In this document: in pieces, positions 59,686 to 64,000 of the stretch
Numbering within the stretch: position 1 is the stretch's first letter
Layout of the letters: each line of letters starts with the position of its first letter
DNA from: Terriglobia bacterium
GTDB taxonomy: Bacteria; Acidobacteriota; Polarisedimenticolia; Polarisedimenticolales; JAIQFR01
DNA length: 64,000 nucleotides
Assembly (NCBI GenBank): GCA_963748015.1
Contig: CAVVHE010000004.1
Coordinates: forward strand, 1,408,001 to 1,472,000
Direction of reading: 5' to 3'
The notes under the pieces: model-generated
Told to the model about the DNA's origin: nothing
Database searches by the model: none
What the model saw: only the letters and a program-made list of their open reading frames with translations
Translations under genes and position numbers: made by a program

Positions 59686-60302
59686 CGGCCCACCTCGGCG
59701 GGTCCGGACGCGCCCGCCAGGTCCCGCCGGTGGATCACCTGGTCGATCAGGCCGTACGCCAGCGCCTCGTCCGCGCTCATGATGAAGTCCCGGTCGGTGT
59801 CCTTCTCGATCTTGTCGAGCGCCTGCCCGGTGTGGTCCGCGAGGATCTCGTTGAGCCGCTCGCGCATCTTGAGGATCTCGCGGGCCTGGATGTCGATGTC
59901 GGACGCCTGGCCCTGGAAGCCGCCCCAGGGCTGGTGGATCATCACCCTCGAGTTCGGGAGCGCGAACCGCTTCCCCTTCGTCCCCGCCGACAGCAGCACC
60001 GCGCCCATGCTGGAGGCCTGGCCGATGCAGATCGTGCTGATGTCCGGCTTGACGAACCGCATCGTGTCGTAGATCGCCAGGCCCGCGGTGATCGAGCCGC
60101 CGGGGGAATTGATGTAGATCGAGATGTCCTTGTCCGGGTCCTCGGCCTCGAGGAACAGGAGCTGGGCGATGATCAGATTCGAGACCATGTCGTCGATGGG
60201 CATCCCCAGGAAGACGATGTTGTCCTTGAGAAGGCGCGAGTAAATGTCGTACGCGCGCTCTCCCCGGCTCGTCTGCTCAACGACCATCGGGACTAGAGGC
60301 AT
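59682..60302 (-). CDS. clpP: ATP-dependent Clp protease proteolytic subunit
   Basis: [25 protein letters not shown]. Confidence 0.98.
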   Translation of the reverse strand: MPLVPMVVEQTSRGERAYDIYSRLLKDNIVFLGMPIDDMVSNLIIAQLLFLEAEDPDKDISIYINSPGGSITAGLAIYDTMRFVKPDISTICIGQASSMGAVLLSAGTKGKRFALPNSRVMIHQPWGGFQGQASDIDIQAREILKMRERLNEILADHTGQALDKIEKDTDRDFIMSADEALAYGLIDQVIHRRDLAGASGPAEVGR

Positions 60303-60303
60303 G

Positions 60304-61581
60304 TCATCCCTCACGTTGAATATTAGCAACGGAGGTCAGGAAGTCAAGCGTTCTCTCTCTAACTAGCTGATCTTGCAGGGCTTCGATCCCGTCGCTCTTC
60401 GCCAGCCGCTTGCGCACGGCCTCGAACGGCTCCCCGATGCGCTCGGCCTCCTTGCGGATGCGGGCGTCGACCTCCGACGGGTCCACCGAGATGGACTCGA
60501 CCCGGGCGACGGCGTCGAGGACCAGCCGGGCGTGGACCGACTTGCGCGCCGGCGCCTCCTGGCGGTCGCGTATCTCCTTCCAGTCCACCTTGATCTTGGA
60601 CGGATCCACCCCCTGCATCATCACGGCCCGCACGAAGTCCTCCAGGCGGTGGTGGATCTCGTCCTCCACGAGGGCGTCGGGGAGGACGGCCGGGTTCTCG
60701 AGGAGGATCTTGTCGAGGATGGACTGGCGGAGGGCCATGCGGGCCTCGGTCCGCTTCCTCTCCTCGAGATCGCCCCTCATGCGAGCGCGGAGGGCGTCGA
60801 GGCTCTCGAAGTCGCCGACGTCGCGGGCGAACTCGTCGTCGAGCGCCGCGACGACGCGCTGCTTGACCTCGTGCACGTGGACCTTGTAGCCGACGGACTT
60901 CCCCGCCAGCGAGGCGTTGTCGTACTCCTTCGGGTAGGCCACCGTGAACGCCAGGTCGGAGCCCGCCACGGCGCCGTGGACCCGCTCGTTGAACTCCGGG
61001 AGGTTCTCGGGGGCGCCCACCTCGATCATCGTGCGCTCGCGACGGAAGGCCTCGCCCTCCTCGGGCTGCCCCTCGACGTCCACCAGGATGACGTCCCCGG
61101 TGGATGCGGCGCGCCCTTCCTCGGAGACGAGGCGGGCCTGCGACTGGCGGAGCTCCTCGAGGGCCTTCTCCACCTCGGCGTCGGTCACCTCCCCGGAGGG
61201 CTCCCGGGCCTCGATCCCCTTGTACTCCTTAGGATCGATCTGGGGCAGCACCTCGAAGGTGGTGCGGAAGCTGAGCGGGCCGTCCTTGTCGTGCGACAGG
61301 TGGTCGAGCGCCGGCTCGCCGATCGGCTTGAGCCCCTTCTCGCGCGTCGCTTCCGCGAGCAGCCGCGACATGAGGCGGTCGCGGACGTCGTCCTCGACCT
61401 CCTTCGCGAAGCGGGTGCGTACGACGCCGAGGGGCACCTTGCCCGGGCGGAACCCCGGGACGCGAACGCGGGACGCGAGGCGGCGGACGACGTCCTCGGT
61501 CTCCTTCTCCACCTCCTGCGGCTCGACCTCGATGGAGAGGCTCTTCTTCACCGGACTGAGGTCCGTCACTTCGACTTTCAT
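60304..61581 (-). CDS. tig: Trigger factor
   Basis: PGFRPGKVP signature; tig-clpP-clpX-lon synteny. Confidence 0.96.
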   Translation of the reverse strand: MKVEVTDLSPVKKSLSIEVEPQEVEKETEDVVRRLASRVRVPGFRPGKVPLGVVRTRFAKEVEDDVRDRLMSRLLAEATREKGLKPIGEPALDHLSHDKDGPLSFRTTFEVLPQIDPKEYKGIEAREPSGEVTDAEVEKALEELRQSQARLVSEEGRAASTGDVILVDVEGQPEEGEAFRRERTMIEVGAPENLPEFNERVHGAVAGSDLAFTVAYPKEYDNASLAGKSVGYKVHVHEVKQRVVAALDDEFARDVGDFESLDALRARMRGDLEERKRTEARMALRQSILDKILLENPAVLPDALVEDEIHHRLEDFVRAVMMQGVDPSKIKVDWKEIRDRQEAPARKSVHARLVLDAVARVESISVDPSEVDARIRKEAERIGEPFEAVRKRLAKSDGIEALQDQLVRERTLDFLTSVANIQREG

Positions 61582-61669
61582 GGGATCTTCTCCGAGAGCG
61601 CCGCCGGGCGGCCCAGGGAAGCGGTCGCTGCGACCGTCCTCCGGTCGCGGCCCCGAGACGCCCGAGGTA

Positions 61670-61745
61670 TGGTGAGCCGCCCAGGAATCGAACCTGGAAC
61701 CCGCAGATTAAGAGTCTGCTGCTCTGCCAATTGAGCTAGCGGCCC
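61670..61745 (-). tRNA. tRNA-Lys(CTT)
   Basis: Cloverleaf, anticodon arm GCAGA-CTCTTAA-TCTGC, CCA. Confidence 0.96.
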
Positions 61746-61827
61746 ATACCTCTAAAGCGCGGCGACCGCATATCGTAGCACAGCGTCCCGCCCGCCGGAA
61801 CCCTACCTCTTCCCGGACTGCAGACAT

Positions 61828-61905
61828 TGGCGCGCCCGGAGGGATTCGAACCCCCGACCGTCGGATCCGAAGTCCGATGCTCTATCCGGACTGAGCTACG
61901 GGCGC
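61828..61905 (-). tRNA. tRNA-Arg(TCG)
   Basis: Anticodon arm TCGGA-CTTCGGA-TCCGA, CCA. Confidence 0.93.
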
Positions 61906-61935
61906 GGAGTCTCGACCTCTTCCCGTCCGCCGAAA

Positions 61936-62012
61936 TGGGGTGAGTGGAGGGATTCGAACCCTCGACGGCCAGATCCACAGTCTGGAGCTCTACCAACTGA
62001 GCTACACTCACC
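61936..62012 (-). tRNA. tRNA-His(GTG)
   Basis: CCAGA-CTGTGGA-TCTGG; G-1:C73 pair. Confidence 0.96.
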
Positions 62013-62036
62013 ACAACGTCCGAACGGTCACCCCCC

Positions 62037-62112
62037 TGGCGCGCCTGGAGGGAATTGAACCCCCGACCCGCGGCTTAGAAGGCCGCTGCTCTATCCACTG
62101 AGCTACAGGCGC
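62037..62112 (-). tRNA. tRNA-Arg(TCT)
   Basis: GCGGC-CTTCTAA-GCCGC, CCA. Confidence 0.95.
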
Positions 62113-62144
62113 CGACCCCCTTCATCTCGCCGCGGCGAAGCGAA

Positions 62145-62222
62145 TGGTGCGCGTGGCAGGATTTGAACCTGCGACACCTAGCTCCGGAGGCTAGTGCTCT
62201 ATCCGGGCTGAGCTACACGCGC
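62145..62222 (-). tRNA. tRNA-Arg(CCG)
   Basis: CTAGC-CTCCGGA-GCTAG, CCA. Confidence 0.95.
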
Positions 62223-62259
62223 CCCGACGCCTTCCACCAGATCGGGCTCTCCTCGGAGC

Positions 62260-62336
<77 letters not shown>

Positions 62337-62363
62337 CCGTCGAGTCCCCGTCCTGGCGGCAGG

Positions 62364-62392
62364 ACTTTAACATCCCCCCCCACCAGCGTCAA
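62364..62392 (-). promoter_or_regulatory. sigma70 promoter of tRNA cluster
   Basis: TTGACG-17 nt-TAAAGT with GC-rich discriminator. Confidence 0.7.
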
Positions 62393-62445
62393 CGCGGCCC
62401 GGCGCCGGACGGCGCGGTGCTATGCTGCGGGAGAGGGAAATAGAT

Positions 62446-63522
62446 ATGAGGATCGGGCTGTTCGGGTTCCCGAAAACGGGGAAGAGCACTCTGTTTTCGC
62501 TGCTGACGGGGGCGCCGCTGCCGGTGCAAGGGGCGCGCGAGGAAGTGCGGGTCGGGGTGTCGCGCGTGCCGGATCCGCGGCTCGACCGCCTCGCGGAGAT
62601 GTACCACCCGAAGAAGTTCACCCCCGCCACCGTCGAGTACATGGACATCGTGGGTGTCGAAAAGGGCGAGGCGGCCGAGGCCCTCCCGCTCGACCAGCTG
62701 CGCACGGCCGACGCCCTCGCGCACGTGGTGCGGGGCTTCCGCGACGACGCGATCCCCCACGTCGAGGGCCCCCCCGATCCGCCCCGGGACGTCTCGACGA
62801 TGGAGACCGAGCTGATCCTCGCGGACCACACGATCGCGAGCCGCAGGATCGAGAAGCTCGAGATGGCGCTGAAGAAGGCCCACCGCGACGAGGACCGGAA
62901 GGAGCTCGACCTCCTCCGCAAGTGCCTCGAGTCCCTCGAGCGCGAGGTGCCGCTCCGCAACCTCGAATTCCCCGAGGACGACCGGAAGCGGCTCCGCGGC
63001 TTCACCTTCCTCTCGCTCAAGCCCCTGCTCGTCGTCGTGAACGCCGACGAGGCGGACGCGAAGCTCCTCGCCGGGGGCGCCGCCTCCTTCGGCCTCGCCG
63101 GCCTCCAGGGGAAGCCCGCCACCGAGGTCGTCGCGCTGTCGGCGCGGATCGAGGGGGAGATCGCCCAGCTCGACCCGGGCGACGCCGCCGCCTTCCGCGC
63201 CGAGCTGGGGATCGCCGAGCCCGCCCTCGACCGGATGATCCGCGGCTCGTACCGGCTCCTCGGGCGGATCTCGTTCTTCACCGTGGGCGACGACGAGTGC
63301 CGCGCCTGGACGATTCGCGAGGGCACCCCGGCGCGCAGCGCCGCCGGCGCGGTCCACAGCGACATCGAGCGCGGCTTCATCCGCGCCGAGCTGGTCGCGT
63401 ACGACGACCTCGTCGCCGCCGGCGCCTGGGCGGCCTGCCGCGACCGCGGCACGCTGCGCCTCGAGGGGAAGGACTACCTCGTGCGCGACGGCGACGTGAT
63501 CAACTTCCGCTTCGGGGTCTGA
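62446..63522 (+). CDS. ychF: YchF/Obg-like ATPase
   Basis: GFPKTGKST, VPDPRL, FFTVG..ECRAW, HSDIERGFIRAE, EGKDYLVRDGD. Confidence 0.95.
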   Translation: MRIGLFGFPKTGKSTLFSLLTGAPLPVQGAREEVRVGVSRVPDPRLDRLAEMYHPKKFTPATVEYMDIVGVEKGEAAEALPLDQLRTADALAHVVRGFRDDAIPHVEGPPDPPRDVSTMETELILADHTIASRRIEKLEMALKKAHRDEDRKELDLLRKCLESLEREVPLRNLEFPEDDRKRLRGFTFLSLKPLLVVVNADEADAKLLAGGAASFGLAGLQGKPATEVVALSARIEGEIAQLDPGDAAAFRAELGIAEPALDRMIRGSYRLLGRISFFTVGDDECRAWTIREGTPARSAAGAVHSDIERGFIRAELVAYDDLVAAGAWAACRDRGTLRLEGKDYLVRDGDVINFRFGV

Positions 63523-64000
63523 CGAGCACCTCGATCAGCCGGTCGGCGAGCGCGCGCTCCTGCGACGGGAGGACCGTGCGGAGATCGAGGAGCAGCTTCC
63601 CCTCGTGAACGCGCCCGAGGACGGGAGGGCTCCCCGACCGAAGTGCGCGCTCGATCCACCCCGCGTCGCCGCGGGAGTCCGTCACGGCGACGAGGCGCGT
63701 CGCGCGCTCGCCGAGCGGCGACGAGCCCCCGCCCGTCCGCGAGACCCCGTCCACGATCGCGAGGCTCGCCCCCGGCCCCGCGCGGCGCGAGACCGCCCGT
63801 GCGACGCGCTTCGCCCGGCGGCCGATCTGCTCCGCGGTCGCCGCGAGCATCCTCAAGGTCGGAACCTCCTCGAACGCCCGCCCCGCGACGTAGGCCGCGA
63901 GCGTCTCGCGAAGCGCCGCGATCAGCAGCCGGTCGAGGCGGCACACGCGCGCCATCGGGTCGCGCTTCATCCTGTCGATCAGGTCCAGGCGCCCGACCGC
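63500..64000 (-). CDS. selA: L-seryl-tRNA(Sec) selenium transferase (3' part; runs off window end)
   Basis: GRLDLIDRMKRDPMARVCRLDRL, GGGSSP, PVLGRV..LLLDLRTV; selB in window. Confidence 0.85.
   Translation of the reverse strand, partial: AVGRLDLIDRMKRDPMARVCRLDRLLIAALRETLAAYVAGRAFEEVPTLRMLAATAEQIGRRAKRVARAVSRRAGPGASLAIVDGVSRTGGGSSPLGERATRLVAVTDSRGDAGWIERALRSGSPPVLGRVHEGKLLLDLRTVLPSQERALADRLIEVLVRPRSGS

Noticed and set aside
61736..62014. 92-aa ORF over the tRNA cluster
   Set aside because: Translation of tRNA-His and tRNA-Arg genes

Overview
Very GC-rich bacterial chromosome segment. Gene content and style suggest Acidobacteriota, which is an inference. Most of it is housekeeping: a nuoA-D/H-L complex I operon with no nuoEFG, pgk-tpiA-secG-tRNA-Leu, PBP1, HU, queEC, tatA-selB, ddl/ccdA/trxA, cobB-larC-metG, pta-prmC-prfA-rpmE-rho-engB-lon-clpX-clpP-tig, six clustered tRNAs, ychF and the 3' end of selA. 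The accessory part (~20.2-30.8 kb) is a c-di-GMP island with GGDEF, EAL and membrane HD-GYP proteins and a secreted subtilase ending in 30 perfect QALWGD repeats. An IS1111-group (IS110 family) element interrupts it. That element's 3' non-coding RNA has bridge/seekRNA-like loops matching both its own circle junction and the terminal repeat of the MITE it inserted into. A third copy of that MITE end supplies the last codons of a histidine kinase. Three intergenic elements have unrelated ~36-bp outer stems but share a covarying junction core (GGCACGCU...UCCG...AGGGCC). All three sit right after stop codons in the same orientation, suggesting an unannotated structured 3'-UTR RNA or repeat family. 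All calls come from motif recognition by eye; no database searches or folding were run.
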